This document shows, in pieces, positions 8,972 to 20,763 of a stretch of 64,000 nucleotides of DNA. Position numbers and translations under genes: made by a program. This DNA is from Alphaproteobacteria bacterium (GTDB lineage Bacteria; Pseudomonadota; Alphaproteobacteria; RS24). Positions within the stretch are counted from its first letter, which is position 1. The number at the start of each line of letters is the position of its first letter. The notes below the pieces were generated by a model. The model was not told the origin of the DNA and searched no databases. It was given only the letters and a program-made list of their open reading frames with translations. The stretch covers positions 83,350-147,349 of the forward strand of contig CBFIIT010000001.1 of assembly GCA_965662725.1 (NCBI GenBank), read 5' to 3'.

Positions 8972-9559
8972 TTGGGCCTGATGCAAGACGAAAAAGACGC
9001 TCCCCTAAAAGACGATATGGCGGAAGCCTCGGCGAATGAAGTTGAGGCCGATAGTGCCGATTCAAATGACGCCGAAGCGACCGAAACTGAAACGGCGGAT
9101 GAAACGGCCGAGCAGAAAATTGCCGATTTGAATGATAATCTATTGCGCACATTGGCCGAGCTTGAAAACACCCGCAAACGAGCCGAGCGTGACCGTGGCG
9201 AAGCGCTGAAATTTGGCGCGATGAGCTTTGCCCGCGATATGCTGGGCGTGGTTGATAATTTGCAGCGCGCATTAAAAGCATTTGCCGATATTGGTGATGA
9301 ACTGCCCGAGGGCACCGCCGCTTTGGTCGAAGGTGTAGCCGCGACAGAGCGCGATTTACTGGCCGCTTTGGCGCGCCATAAAGTAACCGCTTTGACGCCA
9401 ATGGGTGAGAAGTTTGACCCCAATCTGCACGAGGCATTATTTGAAGCGCCGGGCACCGGACAAGAAAACGGCACGATTATCGATGTGGTGGAAGCCGGTT
9501 ATATGATGGAAGAGCGGCTATTGCGGCCGGCCAAAGTCGGCATTGCTAAAGACGGCTGA
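8972..9559 (+). CDS. grpE: Nucleotide exchange factor GrpE
   Basis: 195 aa with an acidic N-terminus. LLRTLAELENTRKRAERD and the GrpE C-terminal beta domain are present. Confidence 0.95.
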   Translation: MGLMQDEKDAPLKDDMAEASANEVEADSADSNDAEATETETADETAEQKIADLNDNLLRTLAELENTRKRAERDRGEALKFGAMSFARDMLGVVDNLQRALKAFADIGDELPEGTAALVEGVAATERDLLAALARHKVTALTPMGEKFDPNLHEALFEAPGTGQENGTIIDVVEAGYMMEERLLRPAKVGIAKDG

Positions 9560-9615
9560 GCCGAAAACCCATAAAAGGCGGTTTTAAAGTTTTTCAAATA
9601 AAATCATCCCCCTGC

Positions 9616-9644
9616 CTTGCAGGAACCGAACCGCCTCCCTATAT
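9616..9644 (+). promoter_or_regulatory. Candidate RpoH (sigma-32) promoter for dnaK-dnaJ
   Basis: CTTG (9616-9619), an 18-nt spacer, then CCTATAT (9638-9644; the extended form is CCCTATAT). It lies about 80 nt upstream of the dnaK ATG. Confidence 0.55.
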
Positions 9645-9722
9645 GCAAAACACAATTGAAATGGGCGCGCAGATTGCGTCCCCCAAGAGAGGCGCCGAAA
9701 AAGGCGCATTCGGAGAGACATT

Positions 9723-11657
9723 ATGGGCAAAGTAATCGGAATTGATTTGGGCACCACCAATAGCTGTGTCGCAGTGATGGATGGCAGCAGCGCGCGGGTG
9801 ATTGAAAATGCTGAAGGCGCGCGGACGACCCCGTCCATGGTTGCTTTTTCCGATGAAGGCGAGCGCCTGACCGGTCAACCGGCAAAACGCCAGGCGGTGA
9901 CCAATCCGCTAAACACGCTATTCGCCATTAAGCGTCTCATCGGCCGTCGGTTTGACGATAAGGCGACGCAAAAAGACAAAGAAATGGTGCCGTTTGAAAT
10001 TATCGCTTCTGATGGCGGTGATGCATGGGTGGAAGCAGCCGGTGAGAAATATTCGCCGTCGCAAATCTCTGCCTTTATTTTGCAGAAAATGAAAGAGACC
10101 GCCGAGGATTATCTCGGCGAAACAGTCACCCAAGCCGTGATTACCGTACCGGCTTATTTTAATGACGCGCAACGTCAAGCGACAAAAGATGCCGGTAAAA
10201 TTGCCGGTCTTGAGGTTTTGCGCATCATTAATGAGCCGACTGCGGCGTCGCTGGCTTATGGCCTGGATAAAAATGACGGACAGACAATTGCCGTTTATGA
10301 TTTGGGCGGCGGCACATTTGACGTCTCCGTTTTGGAAATCGGCGATGGGGTGTTTGAAGTCAAATCCACCAATGGCGATACGTTTCTTGGCGGTGAAGAT
10401 TTTGACATGGCTTTGGTCGAACATTTGGCCGAAGAATTTGAAAAAGAAAACGGCATTGATTTGCGTGGCGATAAGCTGGCCCTGCAACGCCTGAAAGAGG
10501 CGGCTGAAAAAGCCAAAATTGAATTATCTTCATCGGCGCAAACGGAAGTCAATTTGCCGTTCATCACCGCCGATGCCAGCGGTCCCAAACATTTGAACTT
10601 GAAACTGACCAAAGCGGCTTTTGAAGCCTTGGTTGAAAATCTGGTGCAGCGCACGCGCACACCGTGCGAAGCGGCAATGAAAGATGCCGGTATTTCATTG
10701 TCGGAAATTGACGAAGTGGTGCTGGTTGGCGGTCAAACTCGCATGCCGCGCATTCGTGAATTTGTCAAAGACGTGTTTGGCAAAGAGCCGAATATGAGCG
10801 TTAATCCGGATGAGGTGGTGGCCATGGGCGCAGCCATTCAGGCCGGTGTTTTGCAAGGCGATGTGAAAGACGTGCTGCTATTGGATGTGACCCCGCTTTC
10901 CTTGGGTATTGAAACCTTGGGCGGCGTCTTCACTCGTTTGATTGACCGCAACACAACCATTCCGACCAAAAAGAGCCAGGTGTTTTCAACCGCTGATGAC
11001 AATCAATCAGCGGTGACCATTTCAGTATGCCAAGGCGAGCGTGAAATGGCGGCGGATAATAAACATCTGGGTCAGTTCAATTTGGAGGGCATTCCGCCGG
11101 CACCGCGCGGCGTGCCACAAATCGAAGTGACTTTCGATATTGACGCCAATGGTTTGGTCAATGTGTCAGCTGCCGATAAAGCGACCGGCAAGGAACAAGC
11201 CATTCGTATTGAAGCCTCAGGCGGCTTGTCAGACAATGACATTGAGCAAATGGTGAAAGATGCGGAAGCCAATGCGACGGCGGATAAAGAGCGCCGCGAG
11301 CAGGTTGAAGCGCGCAATAATGCGGAAGGCCTGATCCATGCGACCGAAAAATCAATTGCTGAAAATGAGGCATTGATTGAGCCGGCCGATAAGGATGCGG
11401 CAGAAGCGGCCATGGCCGATTTGAAAACGGCGCTGGAAGGTGAGGATATGGATGCGATTAATGAAAAAGCGCAAACCCTCAGCCAGGCGGCGATGAAAAT
11501 CGGCGAAGCGGTTTACAAGGCACAGCAAGCGGAAAGCGAAGCGGCAGCCGCCGGTGACGCAGCAGCCGATGCAGCGTCTCAAGGCGATGACGGCAATGTC
11601 GTTGATGCCGAGTTTGAAGAAGTTGCTGATGATGATGGTGATCAAAAAGCCTCATAA
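9723..11657 (+). CDS. dnaK: Molecular chaperone DnaK (Hsp70)
   Basis: 644 aa. [23 protein letters not shown] and [10 protein letters not shown] are the Hsp70 signatures. Confidence 0.99.
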   Translation: MGKVIGIDLGTTNSCVAVMDGSSARVIENAEGARTTPSMVAFSDEGERLTGQPAKRQAVTNPLNTLFAIKRLIGRRFDDKATQKDKEMVPFEIIASDGGDAWVEAAGEKYSPSQISAFILQKMKETAEDYLGETVTQAVITVPAYFNDAQRQATKDAGKIAGLEVLRIINEPTAASLAYGLDKNDGQTIAVYDLGGGTFDVSVLEIGDGVFEVKSTNGDTFLGGEDFDMALVEHLAEEFEKENGIDLRGDKLALQRLKEAAEKAKIELSSSAQTEVNLPFITADASGPKHLNLKLTKAAFEALVENLVQRTRTPCEAAMKDAGISLSEIDEVVLVGGQTRMPRIREFVKDVFGKEPNMSVNPDEVVAMGAAIQAGVLQGDVKDVLLLDVTPLSLGIETLGGVFTRLIDRNTTIPTKKSQVFSTADDNQSAVTISVCQGEREMAADNKHLGQFNLEGIPPAPRGVPQIEVTFDIDANGLVNVSAADKATGKEQAIRIEASGGLSDNDIEQMVKDAEANATADKERREQVEARNNAEGLIHATEKSIAENEALIEPADKDAAEAAMADLKTALEGEDMDAINEKAQTLSQAAMKIGEAVYKAQQAESEAAAAGDAAADAASQGDDGNVVDAEFEEVADDDGDQKAS

Positions 11658-11682
11658 CGGCTGAACCGATTGGGGGGCCGCC

Positions 11683-12819
11683 ATGGCCAAAGCCGATTAT
11701 TACGAGCTTTTAGGGGTCGAGCGCGGGGCTGATGAAGCGACGCTGAAATCAGCCTATCGTAAGCTGGCAAAAAAATATCACCCTGATGTCAATCAGGGCG
11801 ATGCCGGTGCCGAGCAAAAATTCAAACAAGTGTCAGAAGCCTATGATGTGCTGAAAGACCCGCAAAGCCGTGCCGCTTATGACCAGTTCGGCCATGCCGC
11901 TTTTGAACAGGGCGGCGGCGGTGGTGGCTTTGGCGGCGGGCCCGGAGGCGGTTTTTCAGGCTTTGGCGATATTGGCGATATTTTTGAAGAGTTTTTCGGC
12001 GGCGGGCGCGGGCCGGGTGGCCAAAGCCAGAGCAGTCGACGACGCGCACGGCGCGGTGAAGATTTACGCGCTGAAATCAATATCAGCCTGCAAGAAGCCT
12101 ATGATGGCACGGAACGGCAAATCCGCCTGAACCGCGCCGCCTCTTGCGATGGATGTGGCGGCTCCGGTGCCAAACCGGGCAGCCAACCGAGCACTTGCGC
12201 GACGTGCCAAGGGCACGGCAAAGTGCGCGCGCAACAAGGCTTTTTCATGGTTGAGCGCACCTGCCATGCTTGTGGTGGCGCCGGCCAAACAATCAACGAC
12301 CCCTGCACCGATTGTCAGGGGCGCGGGCAAGTCAATCAAGAACGCACGCTTTCCGTATCCGTGCCCAGCGGGGTAGAAGACGGCACTCGTATTCGATTGT
12401 CGGGCGAAGGAAATGCCGGCCCGGGCGGGGCAGCGCATGGCGACCTTTATGTCTTTGTCAATATTGCACCGCATGATGTTTTAAGCCGCGATGGGGCTGA
12501 TTTATTTTGTGCCATGCCGATTGCGCTGGATGTGGCAGTGCGCGGCGGCACAGTCAATGTGCCGCTTATGGGTGGCAAAAAAGTCAAATTAAGCATTCCC
12601 GAAGGGGCCCATGCCGGCCAGCAATTCCGCTTGCGCGGGAAAGGCATGCCGGTTTTACGCTCGCGCCATTATGGCGACCTTTATGTGCAGATTGATATTG
12701 AAACGCCAAGCGGCCTAACCCGCGCCCAACAAAAACTGTTTGATGCTTTTGCCGATAGTCTTGATGACGGCAATTATCCTGAAATATCGGATTTTCGCGC
12801 GCGCGGCAAAAATAGCTGA
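11683..12819 (+). CDS. dnaJ: Molecular chaperone DnaJ (Hsp40)
   Basis: It has a J domain (DYYELLGV...KKYHPD), a G/F-rich linker and four CxxCxGxG zinc-finger repeats. Confidence 0.98.
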   Translation: MAKADYYELLGVERGADEATLKSAYRKLAKKYHPDVNQGDAGAEQKFKQVSEAYDVLKDPQSRAAYDQFGHAAFEQGGGGGGFGGGPGGGFSGFGDIGDIFEEFFGGGRGPGGQSQSSRRRARRGEDLRAEINISLQEAYDGTERQIRLNRAASCDGCGGSGAKPGSQPSTCATCQGHGKVRAQQGFFMVERTCHACGGAGQTINDPCTDCQGRGQVNQERTLSVSVPSGVEDGTRIRLSGEGNAGPGGAAHGDLYVFVNIAPHDVLSRDGADLFCAMPIALDVAVRGGTVNVPLMGGKKVKLSIPEGAHAGQQFRLRGKGMPVLRSRHYGDLYVQIDIETPSGLTRAQQKLFDAFADSLDDGNYPEISDFRARGKNS

Positions 12820-12854
12820 TAGCGGCGGCGGCTGAGCCCTGCTATATAAAGCGC

Positions 12855-13664
12855 ATGAGACTGATTGTAAGCGGTTGCGCCGGACGCATGGGCCAGACCC
12901 TGACCCGCCTGATAAGCGCAGATGATAGATTGCAACTGGCCGGTGGGCTGGAGGCGGCGGGTGCGCCTGCTTTGGGACAAGATATTGCCGCTTTGGCCGG
13001 TCTGCCCGATTGCGGCCTGACTGCCAGCGATGATGCGCTGGCGCTTTTGGCTGAAGCCGACGGGGTGATTGATTTCACCACACCGGCAGCGAGCGTTGAA
13101 TTGGCCGGCCTGGCGGCGCAAGCACGCATTGTTCATATTATCGGCTCCACCGGTTTTGACAGCGGCCAAGAACAGGCGATTGCCGCCGCAGCACGCCATG
13201 CTCGCATTGTTAAATCCGGCAATATGAGCCGTGGGGTTAATTTATTGGCCGGATTGGTGGCGCAAGCCGGGGCCGCTTTGGCTGAAGATTGGGATATTGA
13301 AATCGTCGAAATGCACCACCGCCATAAGGTCGATGCGCCTTCCGGCACGGCTCTTTTGCTGGGCAATGCGGCGGCTGAAGGCCGCGGCGTTAAACTGGAC
13401 AGTGTTAAAGAGAGCGGCCGCGACGGGCTGACCGGCGCACGCGATAGCGGCGCTATCGGTTTTGCTGCTTTGCGCGGCGGCTCCGTGGTCGGCGATCATG
13501 AGGTTATTTTTGCCACTGAAAACGAACAAATCCGCCTCTCCCATCGCGCTGAGAGCCGAGATATTTTTGCCCGCGGTGCTTTGGATGCCGCGCTATGGGC
13601 GCAATCGCAACCGGAAGGGCTGTATTCCATGCAGCATGTTTTGGGCCTGAAGCCGGTCGTATAA
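12855..13664 (+). CDS. dapB: 4-hydroxy-tetrahydrodipicolinate reductase
   Basis: [14 protein letters not shown] is the NAD-binding motif, and [19 protein letters not shown] is the DapB signature. Confidence 0.93.
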   Translation: MRLIVSGCAGRMGQTLTRLISADDRLQLAGGLEAAGAPALGQDIAALAGLPDCGLTASDDALALLAEADGVIDFTTPAASVELAGLAAQARIVHIIGSTGFDSGQEQAIAAAARHARIVKSGNMSRGVNLLAGLVAQAGAALAEDWDIEIVEMHHRHKVDAPSGTALLLGNAAAEGRGVKLDSVKESGRDGLTGARDSGAIGFAALRGGSVVGDHEVIFATENEQIRLSHRAESRDIFARGALDAALWAQSQPEGLYSMQHVLGLKPVV

Positions 13665-13699
13665 ATCTCCCTAAATGAAGTGTGTATAAGGAAAATCTG

Positions 13700-14317
13700 A
13701 TGGTACATCTGGTATTGGTCCGGCATGGGCAAAGCGAATGGAATGAAAAAAACCTGTTCACCGGATGGCGCGATCCGGATTTGACACAAAAGGGCATGGA
13801 TGAGGCGCGCGCCGCCGGTAAGGCACTGGCCGCAACCGGCTTGCAATTTGATTTGGCCTATACATCGAAATTGCAAAGAGCACAAAAAACCCTAGCGCTT
13901 TTATTGGGCGAGCAGGGCCAAACGGGGCTTGAAACAATTGAGAACCAAGCGCTGAATGAGCGCGATTATGGCGATTTGGCCGGACTGAATAAGGATGATG
14001 CGCGCGAAAAATGGGGGGCAGACCAAGTGCATATTTGGCGTCGCTCTTTCGATACACCGCCGCCCGGCGGCGAAAGCCTGAAAGATACGGCAGAGCGGGT
14101 TTTGCCCTATTATGAGATGGCAATTTTACCGCAACTGAAAGCCGGCAAAACTGTTTTGATAGCCGCGCATGGCAATAGCTTACGGGCGCTGCTTATGCAG
14201 CTGGAAGGGCTGAGCCGCGATGAGATTTTGGACGTCAATATTGATACCGGCGTGCCCTATATTTACACGCTGAATGAGGCGGCGGAGATTACCGATAAGG
14301 AAATTCTTGCCCGCTAG
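13700..14317 (+). CDS. gpmA: 2,3-bisphosphoglycerate-dependent phosphoglycerate mutase
   Basis: [20 protein letters not shown] is the RHG histidine-phosphatase motif. ATG 13700 is preceded by AAGGAA, and the GTG start at 13682 in the track is less likely. Confidence 0.92.
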   Translation: MVHLVLVRHGQSEWNEKNLFTGWRDPDLTQKGMDEARAAGKALAATGLQFDLAYTSKLQRAQKTLALLLGEQGQTGLETIENQALNERDYGDLAGLNKDDAREKWGADQVHIWRRSFDTPPPGGESLKDTAERVLPYYEMAILPQLKAGKTVLIAAHGNSLRALLMQLEGLSRDEILDVNIDTGVPYIYTLNEAAEITDKEILAR

Positions 14318-14826
14318 GCGGTTTGCGGCTCCGGCATGAAGCGGTCTCGAATGGCCGCTAATGTGGCTTGCAGGCTGGCCGCCAAAGCAGCGCGCTCTTC
14401 CGGTGCCAAAAATGCCCCAACCGACACATATTTGCCATGACTGGATAAAATCAACGCACCGATTTCATCGCCATCCGTGCCGAAACGCTCCAGCTTTATG
14501 CGCACCCAATACGGGTCAAATTCCCAATCGCGCGCTGTACCCAAAGGTGTTACCTGACTGAATACCAACCGGTTATCTGCCATTTTCAGCGTCTCATAGC
14601 GACGCCCATAACGATAATTCAATCGGAACGCACCATATAAAAGCAGCACATCAAGGCCGAAAAAGCCGAAAACCGGCCACGCGCCAAGCGACCAAAAATA
14701 CGCGCCGACCCCAAGTGAGACGGCTGAGAACCAGAGCATCAACCAAAAAAAGCCGCGTGATGAAAGCGACATATTCGGTCGCAGCACCAAATTGAAATTT
14801 TCCGGCAAAAGTCGCGTCGTTTCCAT
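14314..14826 (-). CDS. DUF2244-type integral membrane protein
   Basis: 170 aa with two predicted TM helices ([40 protein letters not shown]) followed by a soluble domain. It resembles the DUF2244 family. Its stop overlaps the gpmA stop within CTAG. Confidence 0.65.
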   Translation of the reverse strand: METTRLLPENFNLVLRPNMSLSSRGFFWLMLWFSAVSLGVGAYFWSLGAWPVFGFFGLDVLLLYGAFRLNYRYGRRYETLKMADNRLVFSQVTPLGTARDWEFDPYWVRIKLERFGTDGDEIGALILSSHGKYVSVGAFLAPEERAALAASLQATLAAIRDRFMPEPQTA

Positions 14827-14903
14827 ATGAGATATGTAACGCGGCGTGCGCCAAAACCAACGCGAAGGATTGTCGCGGCCAGCCGACTGGGTTATGAAAG
14901 GCC

Positions 14904-15578
14904 ATGAGCCGCAGTCGTCAAATGCCCGCCGAGAATATTAAGTCGCTTTTTGCCAAGCTGGCGGAAATCGATCCGGCACCGCGCACCGAGCTGGCCTTTC
15001 ATAATGAGTTTACGCTTTTAGTGGCGGTGGTTTTATCAGCGCAAGCAACCGATATCGGGGTCAATAAGGCGACCAAAAATCTTTTTAAATTGGCCGATAC
15101 GCCGGAAAAAATGCTGGCTTTGGGCGAAAAGAAAATTCGCGAAGAAGTGAAAACCATCGGGCTTTATCGCAATAAGGCAAAAAATGTTCATGCACTGTCA
15201 AAAATATTGATCGAGCAATATGACGGGCACGTACCGGCTGATATGGATGCGCTGGTTGCCTTGCCCGGCGTCGGGCGAAAAACCGCCAATGTGGTGATGA
15301 ATGAGGCTTTCGAAATCGCCACTTTTGCCGTCGATACGCATGTGTTTCGCCTCTCCAATCGCACCGGATTGGCGCCCGGCAAAACCGTGCTTGCGGTTGA
15401 AAAGAAACTGGATAAAAAAGTCCCCGAACCTTATCGCCGCCATGCCCATCACTGGTTGATATTGCATGGCCGTTATGTGTGCGTGGCGCGCAAACCGAAA
15501 TGCGGCAATTGCATCATATTTGATGAATGCCGCTTTAAAGACAAAGCCAAGATTGCCGCGGCAATAAATGGCGGATGA
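14904..15578 (+). CDS. nth: Endonuclease III
   Basis: It has the HhH-GPD motif (LVALPGVGRKTANVV) and a C-terminal 4Fe-4S cluster loop (CVARKPKCGNCIIFDEC). Confidence 0.93.
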   Translation: MSRSRQMPAENIKSLFAKLAEIDPAPRTELAFHNEFTLLVAVVLSAQATDIGVNKATKNLFKLADTPEKMLALGEKKIREEVKTIGLYRNKAKNVHALSKILIEQYDGHVPADMDALVALPGVGRKTANVVMNEAFEIATFAVDTHVFRLSNRTGLAPGKTVLAVEKKLDKKVPEPYRRHAHHWLILHGRYVCVARKPKCGNCIIFDECRFKDKAKIAAAINGG

Positions 15579-15590
15579 AAAGGATAAAAT

Positions 15591-16550
15591 ATGAGCATGG
15601 ATAAAAAATGCATTACCGGCATGGGCGCGGCTTTGGTTGATTTATTTGCCCCGGTCAGCGACGCACAATTGGAAATGATTGGCAGCCCGAAAGCCTCCAT
15701 GTCCCTAATCGACGCGGCGCAATCGGAAGATATGCAAAAACAAGTGACGATTGAGCAAAGCCTGCCCGGCGGCTCGATTGCCAATTCAATTGCCGGCATG
15801 GCAGCGCTTGGCGCGCCGACCGGTTTTATCGGCAAAATCGGCGATGACGCGCTGGGCCAGCGTTTTGCCGATGCCTTTCAGGCGGCCAATGTGCGGTTTC
15901 CGGTGACGCCGATGAATACACAACCGACCGGCCACTGCTTGGTGTTGGTTACCCCTGATGCCGAGCGCACCATGCACACGGTTTTGGGCGCATCGGTGAC
16001 CACCTCGACAGATGATTTGGATGCAACGCTTTTGGCTGATACCGGCATTTTATTCGGCGAAGGATATTTATGGGACAGCCCCAGCGCGCGCGATGCCTTT
16101 ATCAAGGCCGCTGATCGGGTGAAAGCCAATGGCGGCAAAATTGCTTTTTCACTGGCCGACCGGTTTTGTGTCGAGCGCCATCATGATGATTTTGCCGCGC
16201 TTTTGGAAACCCATATTGATATTCTATTGGCCAATGAAAGCGAAATAACCGCACTTTTGGGCACAGACCAACCGGCCGGCATTTCAGCCGGCTTGGCGCC
16301 GCATGGCGTTTTGGCGGCGGTTACTTATGGGGCTGAAGGAGCGCATGTTTTTGAAGCAGAAAAGCGCACTCATATTGCGGCACAAAAACTCGCGCCCGAA
16401 CAAATTATCGATTTAACCGGTGCCGGCGACCAATTTGCAGCCGGCTTTTTAACCGGATTTCATGGCGGAAAATCGGCCGAACAAGCCGCCACGATGGGGA
16501 TTGACGCTGCTGCCGCAGTCATCCAGCATTTCGGCCCACGACCTTTATAA
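15591..16550 (+). CDS. PfkB-family carbohydrate/nucleoside kinase (adenosine-kinase-like)
   Basis: 319 aa. PGGSIANSIAGMA and the C-terminal DLTGAGDQFAAGFL PfkB signature are present. Confidence 0.8.
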   Translation: MSMDKKCITGMGAALVDLFAPVSDAQLEMIGSPKASMSLIDAAQSEDMQKQVTIEQSLPGGSIANSIAGMAALGAPTGFIGKIGDDALGQRFADAFQAANVRFPVTPMNTQPTGHCLVLVTPDAERTMHTVLGASVTTSTDDLDATLLADTGILFGEGYLWDSPSARDAFIKAADRVKANGGKIAFSLADRFCVERHHDDFAALLETHIDILLANESEITALLGTDQPAGISAGLAPHGVLAAVTYGAEGAHVFEAEKRTHIAAQKLAPEQIIDLTGAGDQFAAGFLTGFHGGKSAEQAATMGIDAAAAVIQHFGPRPL

Positions 16551-16579
16551 ATCCCACAGGTTAATATAAATCCCGAAGG

Positions 16580-17527
16580 CTAAATTTTTCTGAGCAAAAC
16601 CCGGTCAATATGATGGTCGGGGCCTTTATGCAAAATCAAATCAGCGCGCGCGCGCGTCGGCAAGATATTCTCTTGCAGGTTTTTCAAATTAATCCGTGTC
16701 CAAATATCAATCGCGGTAGCCTCGGCTTGCGCATCATCCAAGCCGGCATAGCGCTCAAAATAAGCGCCCGGCTCGCGAAAAGCGGTTTTGCGCAAGCCCA
16801 TAAACCGCTCGACATACCATTGCTGAACAACATCTTCAGCCGCATCAATATAAATTGAAAAATCAAAATAATCGGAAACAAACGGAATTTCCGTGCCCTC
16901 GCTGGCCAGCACGGCCGGTTGCAATACATTCAGACCCTCAACAATGAGAATATCCGGCTGGCTGACGAGAATTTTTTCTTCCGGCAAAATATCATAGGCA
17001 ATATGGCTGTAGACCGGCGCTTCGGCCCGCGCGCGACCCGATTTAATCTCTGCCAAAAACCGCCGCAAACGCTTTAAATCAAAGCTTTCGGGAAAGCCCT
17101 TTCGTTGCATGAGCTGGCGTTCTTCCAATAGGTGATTGGGATATAAAAACCCGTCTGTGGTGATTAAATCAACTTTCGGATGCGACGGCCAACGGGCCAG
17201 CATTTCGCGCAAAATACGCGATGTAGTTGATTTGCCGACAGCCACCGAACCGGCAACGCCGATAATGAACGGTACTTTTGTTTCAGACCCCAAAAACGCA
17301 TTGGTCGCCCCATAAAGTTTTTGTGTCGCCTCGACATAAAGATTGAGCAGTCGCGATAAGGGTAGATAAATCTCTTCTACTTCGCTTAAGGAAACGGTCT
17401 CACCAAGGCCGCGCAACTTATCCAGCTCGGCCTCAGTCAGCGTCAGCTCCGCCCCTTGCCGCATTTGCCCCCATTCATCAGCACTAAAGGCGCGATAGGG
17501 CGAAATTTCTTTTTCCGGTTCAATCAT
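16580..17527 (-). CDS. coaA: Type I pantothenate kinase
   Basis: 315 aa. The P-loop is [17 protein letters not shown], and the overall CoaA type I length and C-terminus fit. Confidence 0.92.
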   Translation of the reverse strand: MIEPEKEISPYRAFSADEWGQMRQGAELTLTEAELDKLRGLGETVSLSEVEEIYLPLSRLLNLYVEATQKLYGATNAFLGSETKVPFIIGVAGSVAVGKSTTSRILREMLARWPSHPKVDLITTDGFLYPNHLLEERQLMQRKGFPESFDLKRLRRFLAEIKSGRARAEAPVYSHIAYDILPEEKILVSQPDILIVEGLNVLQPAVLASEGTEIPFVSDYFDFSIYIDAAEDVVQQWYVERFMGLRKTAFREPGAYFERYAGLDDAQAEATAIDIWTRINLKNLQENILPTRARADLILHKGPDHHIDRVLLRKI

Positions 17528-17538
17528 CGGCCTTACGC

Positions 17539-17868
17539 TCAGTCCGTTTTATTTTGCCGTGCGGCTTTTTCAGCCAGCCCTGAAAGACCGGCGCGGCTTT
17601 GTAAAACCTCAACCACTTGTTGCGGGGTCAGCCCACGCGCCGCCAACAGCACCAGCCAGTGATAGATTAAATCAGCGCTTTCCGCCAATAACTCTTCTTC
17701 GCTACCGCTCAGCGCGGCGGTCAATGTCTCAACCGCTTCTTCGCCCAATTTACGCGCAGCGCGCGGCAAATCAGCCAATAATTGTGCCGAATAGCTGCTA
17801 TCGGGCGACGCCCCGCGGCGCGCCTCAATCTCGGCAAACAGCTCATTTAAATAGCGTAAGTCTTCCAT
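17539..17868 (-). CDS. hisE: Phosphoribosyl-ATP pyrophosphatase
   Basis: 109 aa. [23 protein letters not shown]...[13 protein letters not shown] is the HisE signature, and the gene lies downstream of hisF. Confidence 0.9.
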   Translation of the reverse strand: MEDLRYLNELFAEIEARRGASPDSSYSAQLLADLPRAARKLGEEAVETLTAALSGSEEELLAESADLIYHWLVLLAARGLTPQQVVEVLQSRAGLSGLAEKAARQNKTD

Positions 17869-17943
17869 CGCTCAAATCCTCGCCGCATGGTTAGCGGTTT
17901 TTCACCGCAAGTTCAATTGCCACGCCGCCCCTTTCGCGCATTT

Positions 17944-18714
17944 CTATTCACGCACCGGCAAGCCGGCCGCCGCCAAAGCAGCGCGCGCCTCGCCAATCGT
18001 ATGGGTGCCGAAATGAAAGATTGACGCCGCCAATACCGCATTGGCATGGCCCAGCTGCACCCCATCGACCAAATCTTGCAAATTGCCGACCCCACCGGAA
18101 GCGATTACCGGCACCGGCACGGCATCGGCAACGGCGCGGGTCAGTGCCAAATCAAACCCCGATTTCGTGCCATCGCGATCCATTGACGTCAAAAGAATTT
18201 CACCGGCCCCGCGCGCCGCCATATTGCGAGCAAAATCCACAGCTTCAATGCCGGTAGCTTGACGCCCGCCATGAGTGAAAATTTCCCAGCGTGCGCCGTC
18301 CGCCGTTTCATCGGTTTTCTTCGCATCAATGGCCACCACAATGCACTGATTGCCGAATTTTTCAGCCGCCGCATCAATCACATCCGGCGTGGTAACGGCG
18401 GCAGTGTTGAACGATACTTTATCGGCACCGGCCAATAATAATTTGCGCACATCATCCACCGCCCGAACGCCGCCGCCAACAGTGAGCGGCATGAAACATT
18501 CTTCAGCTGTGCGCTGCACCACATCGATAAGCGTATCGCGCCCCTCATGACTGGCGGAAATATCGAGAAAACATAATTCATCGGCACCGGCTGCATCATA
18601 AGCACGCGCCGCAGCGACCGGGTCTCCGGCATCAATTAAATCGACAAAATTAACCCCTTTGACAACACGGCCATCATGCACATCCAAGCACGGTATGATG
18701 CGGGTTTTCAGCAT
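17944..18714 (-). CDS. hisF: Imidazole glycerol phosphate synthase cyclase subunit
   Basis: [19 protein letters not shown] and [11 protein letters not shown] are HisF motifs. Confidence 0.96.
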   Translation of the reverse strand: MLKTRIIPCLDVHDGRVVKGVNFVDLIDAGDPVAAARAYDAAGADELCFLDISASHEGRDTLIDVVQRTAEECFMPLTVGGGVRAVDDVRKLLLAGADKVSFNTAAVTTPDVIDAAAEKFGNQCIVVAIDAKKTDETADGARWEIFTHGGRQATGIEAVDFARNMAARGAGEILLTSMDRDGTKSGFDLALTRAVADAVPVPVIASGGVGNLQDLVDGVQLGHANAVLAASIFHFGTHTIGEARAALAAAGLPVRE

Positions 18715-19452
18715 TCAGATCACCGCCGGCAAAGCCAAGGCGGCTTTGGCATCAAGCCGCCCATCATAAAGGGCGCGGCCCGAAATAGCGCCGATAATAC
18801 CCTTATCTTCAAGCGCCATAATCGCCTTCACATCGTCCAGCCCGGCAAGGCCGCCTGAGGCAATAACCGGTATGGAGGTTGCTTCGGCCAATTTTTGCGT
18901 CGCCGCCAAATTGACCCCTTTTAATAATCCATCGCGGTCAATATCGGTATAAATCAACGCCGCCACACCGGCATCTTCAAACCGTGCGGCCAGCTCCTCG
19001 ACTTTCATTTCGGTAGCTTCCGCCCAACCTTCAACCGCAACAAAACCGCCGCGCGCATCAATGCCGACGGCAATGCGTTCGGCAAAATCACGACACGCTT
19101 GAATGACCAATTCAGGGTCGCGCAACGCCGCCGTGCCCAAAATAACGCGGTCAATGCCGGCTGCCAGCCAGCCTTCAATATCGGCCATGGTGCGGATGCC
19201 GCCGCCCAATTGTGTTTTTGCCGGACTGGCTTTAACAATCGCCTCAACCGCATCACGATTGACACTGGCACCGGCGAAGGCGCCGTCCAAATCGACAATA
19301 TGCAAATGCGAAAAACCTTGTTCGGCAAAGGCGCCAGCTTGCGCGCCGGGGTCATCATTAAACACGGTGGCGCGCGCCATATCGCCTTGCTCGAGGCGCA
19401 CGCATTGGCCTTGCTTTAAATCAATTGCCGGAAATAAAATCATGGCCGCCAC
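18715..19452 (-). CDS. hisA: ProFAR isomerase (1-(5-phosphoribosyl)-5-[(5-phosphoribosylamino)methylideneamino]imidazole-4-carboxamide isomerase)
   Basis: [20 protein letters not shown] and HIVDLDGA are HisA motifs. The gene abuts hisF with no gap. Confidence 0.95.
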   Translation of the reverse strand: MAAMILFPAIDLKQGQCVRLEQGDMARATVFNDDPGAQAGAFAEQGFSHLHIVDLDGAFAGASVNRDAVEAIVKASPAKTQLGGGIRTMADIEGWLAAGIDRVILGTAALRDPELVIQACRDFAERIAVGIDARGGFVAVEGWAEATEMKVEELAARFEDAGVAALIYTDIDRDGLLKGVNLAATQKLAEATSIPVIASGGLAGLDDVKAIMALEDKGIIGAISGRALYDGRLDAKAALALPAVI

Positions 19453-20087
19453 TCCAAAAATCGTTCGATTAAACCGAGCCCGGCGGCTTGGCTTTTTTCA
19501 GGATGAAACTGCACGCCGAGTAAATTATCGCGCGCCAATATCGCGCTGCGCGGCCCGTCATAATCTGTCGTGCCGATAATATGCGCCGCCGCCTCATCGG
19601 AACGCGGATGCGCGGCATAGCTATGGACAAAATAAACATCCCTTTCATGCACGCTATCGGCCACTTCATGCGGCGTCTTTAACTGAATTTTATTCCACCC
19701 CATATGTGGAATTTTAAGCGGCGGCGTCACGGATAGGGCGCTGACTTCTGCATCAAACCAAGCAAAGCCTTCATGCGTTCCGCGCTCCAGCCCTTGTGCG
19801 CACATTAATTGCATGCCGACACAAATGCCCAGAAAAGGCCGCCCTTCATCGATAACCCGTTGCTGCAAAGCGGCGCGCAACCCGTCTATCGCGCCGACCC
19901 CTTGCGCACAATCGCCAAAGGCGCCAACACCCGGCAAAACAATATGATCCGCCATGAGAATTTGATGCGGGTCAGCGGTCAGCAAAACCGGACGCGTGCC
20001 GGCAAAGCGGTGAAACGCTTTTTCAGCCGAACGCAAATTGCCCGAGCCGTAATCAATAATGGCAATAGAAGATGGCTGGCGGCTCAA
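19440..20087 (-). CDS. hisH: Imidazole glycerol phosphate synthase glutamine amidotransferase subunit
   Basis: [26 protein letters not shown] (catalytic Cys) and VQFHPEKS are present. Confidence 0.95.
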   Translation of the reverse strand: MSRQPSSIAIIDYGSGNLRSAEKAFHRFAGTRPVLLTADPHQILMADHIVLPGVGAFGDCAQGVGAIDGLRAALQQRVIDEGRPFLGICVGMQLMCAQGLERGTHEGFAWFDAEVSALSVTPPLKIPHMGWNKIQLKTPHEVADSVHERDVYFVHSYAAHPRSDEAAAHIIGTTDYDGPRSAILARDNLLGVQFHPEKSQAAGLGLIERFLEWRP

Positions 20088-20680
20088 CTGCCCAACACGC
20101 CTTTGGTAGACGGCACGGCATCAGCCTTGCGCGGGTCAATCTCGATCGCTTGGCGCAGCGCGCGCGCCAATGCCTTATAACAGCTCTCAACAATATGGTG
20201 ATTATTCTCACCATATAGATTTTCGACATGCAGGGTAATGCCCGCCGCTTGTGCGAAAGCTTGGAACCATTCTTTAAATAATTCAGTGTCCATATCGCCC
20301 AGTTTCGGCTTCGACAAATTGACCTGCCAAATCAAATAAGGGCGTTGCGAGACGTCCAGCGAGACACGCGTGCAGGTTTCATCCATTGGAATAATGGCGC
20401 TGCCATAGCGCGTTAGACCTTTAAAATCACCCAAGGCTTCACGCACCGCTTCGCCCAGCACAATGCCGGTATCTTCAGTGGTGTGGTGAAAATCAATATG
20501 CAAATCACCCTTGGCCTCGACATCAATATCGATAAGGGAATGGCGCGATAATTGCTCCAGCATATGGTCCAGAAAACCAATGCCGGTCGATACATTATAA
20601 ATGCCGCTGCCATCCAGATTGACCTTTACCTTAATCGAGGTCTCTTTGGTGGCGCGAGATTTTTCACCGATGCGTGCCAT
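20084..20680 (-). CDS. hisB: Imidazoleglycerol-phosphate dehydratase
   Basis: [24 protein letters not shown]...DFHHTTED...NNHHIVES are the IGPD motifs. The start is set at ATG 20680, with AAGGAG 9 nt upstream. The track's 66-aa N-terminal extension has no IGPD counterpart. Confidence 0.93.
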   Translation of the reverse strand: MARIGEKSRATKETSIKVKVNLDGSGIYNVSTGIGFLDHMLEQLSRHSLIDIDVEAKGDLHIDFHHTTEDTGIVLGEAVREALGDFKGLTRYGSAIIPMDETCTRVSLDVSQRPYLIWQVNLSKPKLGDMDTELFKEWFQAFAQAAGITLHVENLYGENNHHIVESCYKALARALRQAIEIDPRKADAVPSTKGVLGS

Positions 20681-20763
20681 GATGATGCACTCCTTTATCA
20701 AGCCCGCTTCTTCTAACAAAATTCGGCGCTTTTTCAAAGCCTCGTTGACGAGGCGCGTGGCCC

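Noticed and set aside
7646-9722. I searched for a CIRCE operator (TTAGCACTC-N9-GAGTGCTAA) near hrcA, grpE and dnaK.
   Set aside because: I found no match or near-match in these spacers by eye. The heat-shock genes here appear to be RpoH-driven instead.
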